A stretch of DNA of 63,741 bases, the filler included, from Octopus bimaculoides (taxonomy: Eukaryota): NCBI RefSeq assembly GCF_001194135.2. It is 6 parts of 6 records of this genome, joined end to end, with 100 filler letters (N's around TTAATTAATTAA, not from the genome) between each part and the next. Parts side by side here need not be neighbours in the genome. Positions count along the whole stretch, not along the records: positions 32,061 to 41,819 come from NC_069005.1; positions 41,920 to 62,288 come from NC_069006.1; 4 more parts are not named here. The stretch is one strand, 5' to 3'. A program made the position numbers and the translations under genes. Shown here piece by piece: positions 39,781 to 51,340 of this stretch. The notes under the pieces are model-generated. The model searched no databases. It had not been told where the DNA came from and was given only the letters and a program-made list of their open reading frames with translations. Every line of letters starts with the position of its first letter. Position 1 is the stretch's first letter.

Positions 39781-41420
39781 TTGTTAACATTTGTTGTATG
39801 TCACCTGGTAGTTGAATGATTCCTTGTTTGCTTCGTACCTGGTTTGTGTTACTGCCCAGCAGTGATTGCAAGGATATTCAAGGCCAAGATGCTACATAAT
39901 CTTGAATATCTTTAATAATGTAACCTGCTTGATGCTTGGTGAGGTCTCATGCAGCCCACTTTTCATAAAAAGTTGCTCATGTCTGTCACTAGATCTTTCC
40001 CCAATATACACAACTTTTGTGCTGTTGGATCTCAATAGACCAGTTCCACAGAACAAACACTGTTATAATTTATCGCATGTCTCCTAGTAGTTGAGCAATT
40101 GATAAGTTGATTCATACTGGGTCTGTGGGTTAAAAAGGTAAACCAGTCCAAATATTCTCTTTTTTTATGTTTAAACTGGCCAAATCCAGCCTCTTACACC
40201 TTCCCTACAATGTCATTCTGAGAATAAACAATCACATCATTGAAATCCTGAAGTTATGAGATGATGCATAATTAATTCAAAACAATGTGAATAAATAAGC
40301 ACGTTACATTTGACGGAGTGAGTAATCTGAATGCTAAGAGGATAAATATTGAAACCTCAAAGCTATGAGATGATGTGTGATTAATACAAAATGATATGAA
40401 ATAAACAAGCCTAACATTTAACTGAGTAATCTGAACAGTAAAGGCTTAAGATTATAGGGGTTGATTTAAAACCCTTTCACCATCATTTAACATCTGTTTT
40501 TCCATGCTGGTATGGGTTGGATGGTTCGGCAGGAGCTGGCTAACTGGAGTGCTGCATCAGGCCCCAATTGTCTGTTTTGGAATGGTTTCTACAGTTTGGT
40601 GCCCTCCCTTATGCCAACCGCTCTACAGAGTGTACTGGGCGCTTTTTACTTGGCACCACTGAAAAATAAAATAGCATGGTTATTCCAGTAATTATGGTAA
40701 ATATTTACCAAATATTAGAATTGGTATTTTCTGCAAGTCCTGTTGCCTCAATAAACTTGACATGTCTCAAGAGAAAATAGTTTCAAACATGAGATTCTTC
40801 AACAAAAGATAGATTGGGATATAAAACTGCTTTCTGCAATTAAGGGTAATTAAATTTTGATTGGTTATATCTGATTTTCTGCAATAAAAGGATTAACCAA
40901 TGATAGCAACAATGATGAGGCTGATTACACTAACGAAGTTGATTATGATATTGATGACATTCCTTATTCTCTTTATATTCTAATTAACTAATATTAACCC
41001 TTTGACAGCGAAATTAATTTTCATGGTTATTCCAGTATTTATGGCAAATATCTACCAAAAAAATATGGAATTGGTATTTTCTGCAAATCCTCAGAAAACT
41101 TGACATTCTACAACAAAAAAATACATTGGTATAAAACTGCTTTCTGCAGTTTAGAGTAATGAAATTTGGAGTGGGTATATTGAATATTTGCCGTAAAATG
41201 AGTTAAGGGAGATGTGGCTGTTATGTCTGACAATTCCATAACGGTACTCTTTGTTGGTGATTTGGTCTACATTTGAAGCTAAGTTACCATGTTTACAATA
41301 GACGCTGCCTCCACCATCACCACCCATTCCGTTTCAGTTTGTAGTCTAACTCTAATGGTATTTCTTCTTCTCTGTTTTCTCCTCCAACCACCACCATTGC
41401 TGCTGCTACCACCTCTGTAG

Positions 41421-41493
41421 GAAATCAGCCATGACACCCGTCGATTCAGGTTTGCATTAACGTCTCCCGAACACATATTGGGTCTACCTGTAG
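41421..41493 (+). CDS. CYB5R3: NADH-cytochrome b5 reductase, next exon (FAD-binding domain)
   Basis: ctctgtag acceptor, TAG|gtaagt donor, 73 nt, phase 0/1: [24 protein letters not shown](G). In frame with the previous exon; 73 nt matches my recollection of human CYB5R3 exon 3. Confidence 0.96.
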
Positions 41494-41524
41494 GTAAGTG
41501 GCAGAAGATATTGCCATATATTTT

Positions 41525-41713
41525 CTACCCCCCCCCTCTCTCTCTCTCATGCTCTCTCACCTTTCTTGCACTCTCTCTCTCTTCCTTCAATCTCTCTGTT
41601 CTGCTGTCTCTCTCTTTCTCTCTCTCTCTCTCTCATGCTCTCTCACCTTTCTTGCACTCTCTCTCTCTCTTCCTTCATTCTCTCTGTTCTGCTGTCTCTC
41701 GTGCTATCTCTCC

Positions 41714-41755
<42 letters not shown>

Positions 41756-41818
41756 TTTCTTGCACTCACTCTCTCTTCCTTCAATCTCTCTGTTCTGCTG
41801 TCTCTCACGCTATCTCTC
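41525..41818. repeat. Three copies of a ~100-115 bp CT-rich unit
   Basis: ctctcacctttcttgcactc...cttccttca.tctctctgttctgctgtctctc occurs three times. Confidence 0.85.
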
Positions 41819-42689
41819 CNNNNNNNNNNNNNNNNNNNNNNNNNNNNNNNNNNNNNNNNNNNNTTAATTAATTAANNNNNNNNNNNNNNNNNNNNNNNNN
41901 NNNNNNNNNNNNNNNNNNNCCACATAGTAACCAGATCTCCCTCATATATTTATAGTAAATACAATATTTGAAGTAAATTTAAATATCTTAATTTTCTCAT
42001 AAAAATTGTTGCTGCTTTGGTGGCCCAGTAGGTAAGGGTGTTTAAAAGTAGTAACAAGACACAAGCAGAGGTTTCTAATCCCTGCCAGGAATTACAGGGT
42101 GGTCTTATTAAACATTTTCATTTTTTATCTCTAGAGATAATTAAAAAAATGAAAAATTTTAGTAAGACCCCTTAGTGCAGGCCCTGGGTAGGATTGAACC
42201 TGCCCAGGATGTTCAATGTGGCTGTCTAATTATGTCTCTACCCACAAGACCACCAAGACACCCAACATTACTGTAGTAAATTAAGGGATATTTAAATCTA
42301 TCATAACTAAAGATAAAAAACAAAACTATCTCATCACAGCTGTAGCTCAGTAATTAATTCCAAATTGGGGACCTGCTTAGATGCCTTTGTAGGTAAGGAC
42401 ATTGATTAGTAAGTAGTGATTTAATATACAGGGAGAGGGTTTCAACCTGTAACTCTCTCAAGGAATTACAAGAGCAGTGGAGTACGGGGAGTAAATATTT
42501 TATTTTAAAAAAAATTTCAAATTTTTATGAACACCAAGGATAGTGCTCTTGAAAGGGATTGAACCTTGCTCAGGATGTGTAATACAGTGTATGCACTTAC
42601 CCATATGGCCACAAAGACAACAACACTGAAAGCAGGCAAAAAAGAAGCTATTTAAATTGATTTATATATCATATATTTTTTCTTTTACT

Positions 42690-43100
42690 ACCAAGGTCTG
42701 CTCCTGCGGTCAGATTTTATTACTAAATTGTTTCCAGTTCTATATTTAAGAGATGAGGAATTATTTACATTATTTACATTTGACAGACACCCATCCCCAT
42801 CCTGCTTGTTGCCAACACAATGCTCCGGCCGATACACCCTCCAGCCCCCATCAGGTGTCCTGGGGAAACCTCGAACCCGAGTTCCCATTCCTAAGGTATT
42901 CCTCGATATTATTATTGTTATTATTATTATTATTATTTAGGTCACTGCCTGGAATCGAACTCTGAATCTTTGTAAAAACTCGCATATGGCATAGTGGTTA
43001 AGAGCACGGGCTACTAACCCCAAGATTCCAAGTTCAATTCCAGGCAATGACCCGAATAATAATAACATTGAAAAACACCCCCGAAATGAGAACCCAGGCT
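42690..43100. mobile_element. tRNA-headed repeat with (AAT)n linker and hammerhead-like tail, as a head-to-head inverted pair
   Basis: Plus copy 42984-43100 has A-box TGGCATAGTGG and B-box GTTCAATTCC. Minus copy 42970-42690 starts at the same aagatt and carries a decayed hammerhead-like motif at 42815-42858. Confidence 0.65.
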
Positions 43101-45492
43101 CATATACACATTAATGTATTTTTGTATGTTTGTCATATGATTTAATAACACCAATTTCTCTATTCCAGGACCCTCTTCAATTAGATGACGCCTTCTTACT
43201 GGCTTCCAAAAACGGAGTCTGGGTGAAGTTTGAACGAAGATTAAAAAAATAACTTGAAATACTGCACTATTAAATCAGACTTTTGTGAAATTATGTACGA
43301 TTTAATCATAGATTGAAAAAGTAAAGTTATACAAAACAAAAATTGTTATTATAAAACTAGAAAATATGAAGATAATTTTTTAATAAATGCTTCCCTTTCA
43401 TCTAACCAACATCTTTTTCTATATATATTTTATTGGTCATTAAAAATAAATCTCATACAGATTTTCTCAGAGAGCTATAATTCTACAGTTAACATGTGAA
43501 TAAATTTGTATTTTTATTAGTTGTTCTTAACATTTCTGTTTCAAGTCTTTTACTATTTTCTTCTTGTCTTCCTTATATTTTCTACTTCAAACATCATTAT
43601 TTCTCATCTCTAACACACACTCTCCCTCTCTGTCTGTCTCTCTTTCCCAGAAAAACAAAAGAATAACAGAAAATACAAGAAGGCCTTCTTTATAGAAATC
43701 GTAGTAATGACACAAATATTACAAAGTTTTCAAATTTCTAATACCTTTCTTAAGTCTCAAATTGAAATATTCTTAAATGTCTCCACATGAATAATTACAT
43801 GTTAGCCAACTGGAAAGTGCAGCCTTTGAACCACATTTTTTTGGAAATTATCTTACTGTACAGGTCTTCTACTTTGATGTTTTCTTTTGTTTATATCATT
43901 TTTATTTCTTAATTTTTTTATTTTATCTACTTTTGCTATATTTTTCTTCTAAACACTTTCCCTATTCTTTTTCTTTTTATATTTGTGTATACATGGTCAA
44001 AATCATCTTTCTACAGACTATGAGCTTAAGTGCACAGTTTGGCTGCATATCCTCATATTGTTATTACTATTCAATATATTCTACCAAATGTGCTTCCTTT
44101 AATGTTTCTTCTTACAAAGCATAACCAAGGGAGAGAATCAGTGATTGTAACACATAAGCCATACATCTATTCTTCTCTGAAATAAAATTGATATCATTTC
44201 TGATTTTCTCATTGATCATGAAATTTCATTAAGTGGCTGTCTTCCATAGTTCATTTGCTATTCAAAGCATTCAAACTAGAAATAACAACATTCAGGTAAC
44301 AACAGGTCGTGTGAAGGGCTTGTTTCTTACAAGAATCCACCATTTGCATGTGTAAAGGTAATTGTATTACACTAGATATAAAGTAAATATTTCATTCTTT
44401 ATCTAAATTGAGCTTTTCAAATTGACTGCTGATGTATACAATACACTCGAGAAGGTGTGCACCTTTTGTGACAGACCATGCCTTCCTTTTGCTGGGCTCA
44501 AATCTCATTTGTGGACCCATGAAAAACAACCTCCACCAACTATTCTGTCTATATATGTGCACACCTTTCAATGCCGTGTGCGCCATAAGGTCTGAAAATC
44601 TCACAGAGGCCTCAAAAGACATTTTAAGATCCATAAATATCAGAACTTATCTGCAGCTCTTGGTGGTCCAAATCAGAGGTGCAATCTGTGTGGGTGTCTT
44701 TGCGAAACATTGTCTGGTTTAAAAAGCTACATCAGATGCCATGATGCTTCTAAGGTGTAGGTACAGGAGGGGGTCAGACTCTGCATAAGGAGTAGGCATT
44801 CACCATATATACATACATATTAGTTTCATTTTCCTAGTTTATCATTGTATATACACACACATGGAAGGCACACGGCTTAGTGGTTAGGGTATTTGGCTCA
44901 CAATCATAAGGTTGTGAGTTCAATTCCCGTCAACTGATTGTGTCCTTGAGCGAGACACTTTATTTCATATTGTTCCAGTCCATTCAGCTGGCAAAAATGA
45001 GTAGTACCTGTATTTCAAAAGACCTTCCTTGTCACACTCTGTGTTGCGCTGAAGCTTCCTGAAGACTATGTTAAGGGTACGTGTATCTGTGGAGTACTCA
45101 GCCACTTACATGTTAATTCCATGAGCAGACACATGTGGATGATGTTAGTTAATCAAATCCTACTTGAACGCATTTTCAGATTTTATTTTTATAAGTTTAC
45201 AAGTATTTCTGTTTTATATCTCTACAGAGTAACAATAACTACATCTAGCTGAATAGATTGTAACAAAGTGGTAGTAACCAGGTGAAGTTGATGTATTGTT
45301 AAAAGGAGATAATCTAAAAAATGCTTTCGGAATTACATTTTATTAATGAATCTTATTTTCTAATTCAAATTAATATTATTGAACTAATTTCAATATCTCA
45401 GCAATTTTTTTTCTTTTTTTTTTTTCATTTGAATTATAAAGTTTATAAAATGTAAATATTTTTTTTAAAATGTATTACATTACTTTTCAACA

Positions 45493-45618
45493 TGTAAATA
45501 CTAAACAGTATATATAAAGGACAAAATCCTTTTAAGAGCAGAAAATTTTGCTGGCAACCAGCCATTTTTCTGCTCTTAAAAGGACTTTGTCTTTTATATA
45601 TACTGTTCAGTATTTACA
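45493..45618. repeat. Near-perfect hairpin (~54-bp arms plus inner GCTGG-caa-CCAGC)
   Basis: Arms 45493-45546 and 45564-45618 differ by 3 substitutions and one indel. Confidence 0.93.
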
Positions 45619-45989
45619 AGTTAAAAAATATATCTTTCTACTTGTTCTACAATACATTTCAACGCTTCAAAAACAAACTTATGTTTGTTTACATATGACG
45701 TAATCTGTATTACAGTACGTCCGTTTCAAAATAACAACTTCTTGGAACCTCTTTGACATCAGAGTTCCTCCGATGCTGCTTTTAAATTCATGTGTGTTTT
45801 GATGATAAATTTCTACCCTGGTCAAGACTATTCCTTCACATTTCAGAAAATAAAAACTTATTCAGATACCATGGTTGATGATGCACAGATATGTGAACAG
45901 GTGTGGACTTCACTCACTAAGTCGACGTTTCCCAAATTCATACAATTTTGTGGACTGAAATCCTGGGTCTATCATAGATCTAAGTTGGG

Positions 45990-47019
45990 TACCTAATACA
46001 GTGAGTGCCAAAAGACTCTCGTACTTTTCTATCGTTTGGCCAATGCCAGCGGTGGTGGTTCAACTGCGTCATTCTATAGAGGGTCGGTAGAGTCAAAGTG
46101 TGACGATACCTTAGGGAAGACTATGAGCTTAAGAAAATGACCATCTCACCAGCCTATTCTGAAGAACATTCGGGCTGAGGTCCCTAGGTAATTTCCAGAA
46201 ATCCTTGTTCTGGCAGTGTTACCGAGGAGCCTTACCTGTTCGAGATAAGCTCACAAGGCATGGCTGACCCATGTGGAGGCGCAATGGCCCAGTGGTTAGG
46301 GCAGCGGACTCACGGTCATAGGATCGCGGTTTCGATTCCTAGACCGGGCGTTGTGAGTGTTTATTGAGCGAAAACACCTAAAGCTCCACTAGGCTCTGGC
46401 AGGGGATGATGGTGAACCCTGCTGTACTCTTCCACCACAACTTTCTCTCACTCTTACTTCCAGTTCCTGTTGTACCTGTAATTCAAAGGGTCAGCCTTGT
46501 CACACTGTGTCACGCTGAGTATCCCCAAGAACTATGTTAAGGGTACACGTGTCTGTGGAGTGCTCAGCCACTTGTATGTTAAGTTCACGAGCAGGCTGTT
46601 CCGTTGATCGGGTCAACTGGAACCCTCGACGTCGTAAACGACGGAGTGCCAACAAAAAATGGCTGACCCAGCTCACTGACTTGCCTAAGATGCGTACGGG
46701 ATAAGGAAACTGTCCTGCATGCAATTGTGCAATGTTTGGGTGTGTTGGATCTGTGGACTTATGTCGAACAACTGTTGTCAAGTATTGGAAGAGTACAGCT
46801 GTCCGCTGAGTCAATTGTAAAAACTGACACACTTGCCACCTTGAATAAAGAAGGTAAGATTTGTTTTCTCATAGAGGTTATATGGAAGATCAGAATGAAA
46901 GGATTTGTGACCGGCAACTTCATTTCTGGCCCTGTACTGGTGACATTTTTTCACTTTTCATCTGAAAAGGAAAATAGGGCTGGAAAGGAGATGCCTTTCG
47001 GCTGTTGCGTTCTGGAAAA
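45990..47019 (+). mobile_element. Tx1/L1-like LINE 3' region (zf-RVT), split by a SINE
   Basis: Removing the SINE restores KSLFWQCYRGALPVRDKLTRHG*PSSLTCLRCVRDKETVLHAIVQC...LWTYVEQLL, the C..C...ET..H....C motif. Confidence 0.8.
46272..46658 (+). mobile_element. SINE family Z, full length, 12-bp TSD
   Basis: TSD ATGGCTGACCCA at 46260-46271 and 46659-46670; A and B boxes present. Confidence 0.95.
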
Positions 47020-47799
47020 NNNNNNNNNNNNNNNNNNNNNNNNNNNNNNNNNNNNNNNNNNNNNNNNNNNNNNNNNNNNNNNNNNNNNNNNNNNNNNNNN
47101 NNNNNNNNNNNNNNNNNNNNNNNNNNNNNNNNNNNNNNNNNNNNNNNNNNNNNNNNNNNNNNNNNNNNNNNNNNNNNNNNNNNNNNNNNNNNNNNNNNNN
47201 NNNNNNNNNNNNNNNNNNNNNNNNNNNNNNNNNNNNNNNNNNNNNNNNNNNNNNNNNNNNNNNNNNNNNNNNNNNNNNNNNNNNNNNNNNNNNNNNNNNN
47301 NNNNNNNNNNNNNNNNNNNNNNNNNNNNNNNNNNNNNNNNNNNNNNNNNNNNNNNNNNNNNNNNNNNNNNNNNNNNNNNNNNNNNNNNNNNNNNNNNNNN
47401 NNNNNNNNNNNNNNNNNNNNNNNNNNNNNNNNNNNNNNNNNNNNNNNNNNNNNNNNNNNNNNNNNNNNNNNNNNNNNNNNNNNNNNNNNNNNNNNNNNNN
47501 NNNNNNNNNNNNNNNNNNNNNNNNNNNNNNNNNNNNNNNNNNNNNNNNNNNNNNNNNNNNNNNNNNNNNNNNNNNNNNNNNNNNNNNNNNNNNNNNNNNN
47601 NNNNNNNNNNNNNNNNNNNNNNNNNNNNNNNNNNNNNNNNNNNNNNNNNNNNNNNNNNNNNNNNNNNNNNNNNNNNNNNNNNNNNNNNNNNNNNNNNNNN
47701 NNNNNNNNNNNNNNNNNNNNNNNNNNNNNNNNNNNNNNNNNNNNNNNNNNNNNNNNNNNNNNNNNNNNNNNNNNNNNNNNNNNNNNNNNNNNNNNNNNN

Positions 47800-48132
47800 C
47801 TTATTCTTTGTAAGCCTAATACTTATTCTATCAGTCTCTTTTTGCTGAACCGCTAAGTGACGGGAACATAAACACACCAGCATCGGTTGTCAAGCAATGC
47901 TAGGGGGACAAACACAGACACACAAACATACACACACACATACATACATATATATATATACATATATACGACGGGCTTCTTTCAGTTTCTGTCTACCAAA
48001 TCCACTCACAAGGCTTTGGTCGGTCCAGGGCTATAGTAGAAGACACTTGCCCAAGGTGCCACCCAGTGGGACTGAACCCGGAACCATGTGGCTGGTAAGC
48101 AAGCTACTTACCACACAGCCACTCCTGCGCCT
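47800..48132 (-). mobile_element. SINE family Y
   Basis: Family body, with head ...accacacagccactcctgcgcc. Confidence 0.88.
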
Positions 48133-48574
48133 ATATATTTTTAATATATTGATTATTCTTTATATTTTTGATATGTTTGATGTATTGAATATACTTTTGG
48201 AGAAATCCATACATGTTGGGTGATAGGCTGAGTAAATATAAATGTAGATGTGAATTTTATTTGCTTAAATTTGATTCTTAATTTCTACATTATATTTTAG
48301 AGAAGAAATATATATACACAGAAATGATAAAATAAGCATTTGATGTCTAAAAACGTTAAAAAAATCAGATGGAATAGTCATGACAGGAACTCACTTTGTT
48401 CAATCATAATGGTGCTCACTCAGAGATGGCTGGGGTCTTAAAAACAACAACAACAACAAAAAACATATATTTAGTTTTTTTTCCAATTTAATCCAGAGAT
48501 TAAAGAGAATTACCAAAAAAAAAAGTTTATTTATGTTTAAAAAAAAGAAATTTTCAGTATATCAGACATTTGTC

Positions 48575-48755
48575 CCCTTTAGCATTCAAATTACTCTGTT
48601 CTAAATTAATTATGCATCATCACATAGCTTTGACAGTGACTGCATAGTTTCAGAATGGCATTATAGGGTAAGTGTGAGAGACAGGATCTGGCTGGTTTTA
48701 ATATAAAACAGGTAGAATATTCAGGTGAGATTAGGCTGATTTGAATGCTAAAGGG
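48575..48755. mobile_element. TTAA MITE family 1
   Basis: CCCTTTAGCA...TGCTAAAGGG followed by TTAA. Confidence 0.7.
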
Positions 48756-51107
48756 TTAATGGTGGAGAAGATGGTTGTTAACAAGATTACTGTGTTTAGG
48801 TTTGAGCTTTAGAAATAGCTTAAGTCAAACAAAAATAAGGCAAAAGCAGTGAAAAAGAAAAAAAAAGTTGAAATACAGGTTTTCACAAAATCTCAGCAAC
48901 ATACACAAAAAGTGCCAGAAGAAGTAAAGAAAAGCTGAATGTAATTCGAGTCCCAAAATCACCTGAAAAGATTAGAAAAAAAAAAACAAAATTAAATTAA
49001 CCTTTCAGCATTGAGATTATGGTGCTACTTTGTCATGTGATCCACAATTTAAAGGGAGATTACTTTAGGATACTTTTTAGCTTACTTTTCAATTTTTTAA
49101 ATCCCTTAAGATGTTAGCTAAAAAATTTTGCAATGAGATCAGCAACGAGATGAAGACAGTTACATTTTTAGTAAAAAAAAATGATCATTTGGATAATGAA
49201 GAAAATGTTGCACCATGTCATCGGTGGAGAAATGAAGGAAGCTTGAAGAGAAGGGAAAAATAGTGAAATTTTGTCAACTTTACATTGCAAAACTCGCAGC
49301 TGCCAAACTTGTGTGGTGTAGGAAATTATTATTTTAATTATTATATTGTTTATTCTTGATTTCTTATTATCATTTACTATGACATAAATGAAACAAGGTT
49401 TTATTATTAAAATAGAAAGAATTTAGAAAAAAATATATTTACAATAATTATATACAAAAGAATTAATAAAAACATTTAGAAACTGAAAAGTAAACTAAAA
49501 ATTAACCTAAAGTAATCTCCCTTTAAATTGTAGATCTCCTGCCAAAGTAGCACCCAGATTATTCAGTAAAATGTAATGCTTATTTATTCACAGTTTTGAA
49601 TTAATGATGTATTACTTTGTAGTTTGGAGATTTTAATGATGTGATTGTCTAGTTTTAGAATGACATTGTAGAGTATGCATAAGAGGCCAGATCTGGCTGG
49701 TTTGAACAGAAAACAAATAGAATATTTGGGCCTGATAAGGTTGGTTTGAATGGGCCGTGACTGCTGAGGACATGCGTAAGCTTGCAAGGAACGAAGCCAG
49801 TATGCTCCGCTGGATGTCTAATGTCAGTGTGCATACACAACAGAGTGTAAGCGCCTTGAGAGAATTAATCGAACAAAATTCAAAATTTTAAATCCATACC
49901 GCATTCCCAGCATTAACCGGTCTAATATAATTTTTCTCTTTTTATAACTAATTCCAATAGGGGAGGTAACTCCTTGCCATATTCTATGACTATTACAATT
50001 ATTACTGAAATTTCTAATATTAATTATTCAAAGCACATAAATTATATTATCCTAGGAGCCACTGCAAAGCCCACAATTACTATTGGCAAACCGTGCATTG
50101 ATATGCCTGCCTTAAAGTCCAATATTATACTACATAGTACTATAAAATATGAACCATAAATAAATTATAAATAATAAATAATGTTCTATTGCAATAGGAA
50201 TAATTATTTCTAGGAGTTTTTTCCAAAACCCACATGTGTTATATTTAAGTTATATATTAATACATTAATATTGCCTGCTTTAGGACCTAATATTATATTC
50301 TATGCACTCCATGTTATAAATTATAAACAATCCTCACCAGAATGGAGATCCATAGTGTGCCATCCTACCTCTAGGATTTTATTCAAAACTGACAATTGCT
50401 ATTGTCAAGTTATACACTTATATAGCCTGCTTTAAGGTCTAATAACACACTATATTGTACTACAAGTTATAATTAACTCTCCATTATAATTTAATCCATA
50501 CTAAATTGTGCCTAGATGTTAATGGCAAAATTCCAGCCACTACTTGTAACTTTAATATTTTAATATGGCCTGCCTTAATATCCAATATTATATATCATTA
50601 TTATTATTATTATTATTATTATTAATATTATACTACAACCAGATTCAATATAGTAAACCTTCTCTTATAAACTGCCCAAATTTTATGCCGAAATATAGAA
50701 TTGAGCTCCATTATTAAAGATCCTATTATTAGTAGATAATCTGGAGAGTCTAAATGAAATATTTTAAACTAAATTATCAATAATACGCCTAAATTGTTAC
50801 TACAATGTACTACAGGTTATAGTCAATTCTCTATTATAATTGAACTCAATCCTCAAATGTCACTAAAATTCTAGTAAAGCCCACAACTGCTATTGGTACA
50901 TTATATACTAATGTGGCCTACTTAAAGACCTAAACTTAATTCATTATGTGTTTTTTGGGGGTTTTTTTGTTCTAAAGAAAGTTATTCCTGATGAAGTGTA
51001 TGGCAACNNNNNNNNNNNNNNNNNNNNNNNNNNNNNNNNNNNNNNNNNNNNNNNNNNNNNNNNNNNNNNNNNNNNNNNNNNNNNNNNNNNNNNNNNNNNN
51101 NNNNNNN

Positions 51108-51340
51108 CACAAACAATCTATTTCTCTATACAGTACAATGATCTCTCTGACTCACAAGCAATCTATTTCTCTATACAGTACAATGATCTCTCTGATTCAC
51201 AAACAATCTATTTCCCTATACAGTACAATGATCTCTCTGACTCACAAACAATCTATTTCCCTATAGAGTACAATGATCTCTCTGACTCACAAACAATCTA
51301 TTTCCCTATACAGTACAATGATCTCTCTGACTCACAAACA
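51108..51340. repeat. 45-bp minisatellite, 5 copies plus a partial copy (left end in gap)
   Basis: Unit cacaaacaatctattt(c/t)..tatacagtacaatgatctctctgact, nearly identical copies. Confidence 0.97.

Noticed and set aside
40676-41206. Duplicated ~200-bp blocks before the second CYB5R exon
   Set aside because: Two diverged copies of another TTAA-associated repeat; nothing beyond ordinary MITE accumulation.
43169-43255. Good acceptor (ctattccag) as possible next CYB5R exon
   Set aside because: In the required phase 1 it reads GPSSIR*, with no CYB5R similarity.
50985-51007. CTGATGA immediately before a gap
   Set aside because: The rest of any motif is hidden by Ns and cannot be assessed.
51108-51340. 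Regular repeat array as CRISPR-like
   Set aside because: Eukaryotic context, head-to-tail units with no unique spacers, and no cas genes.
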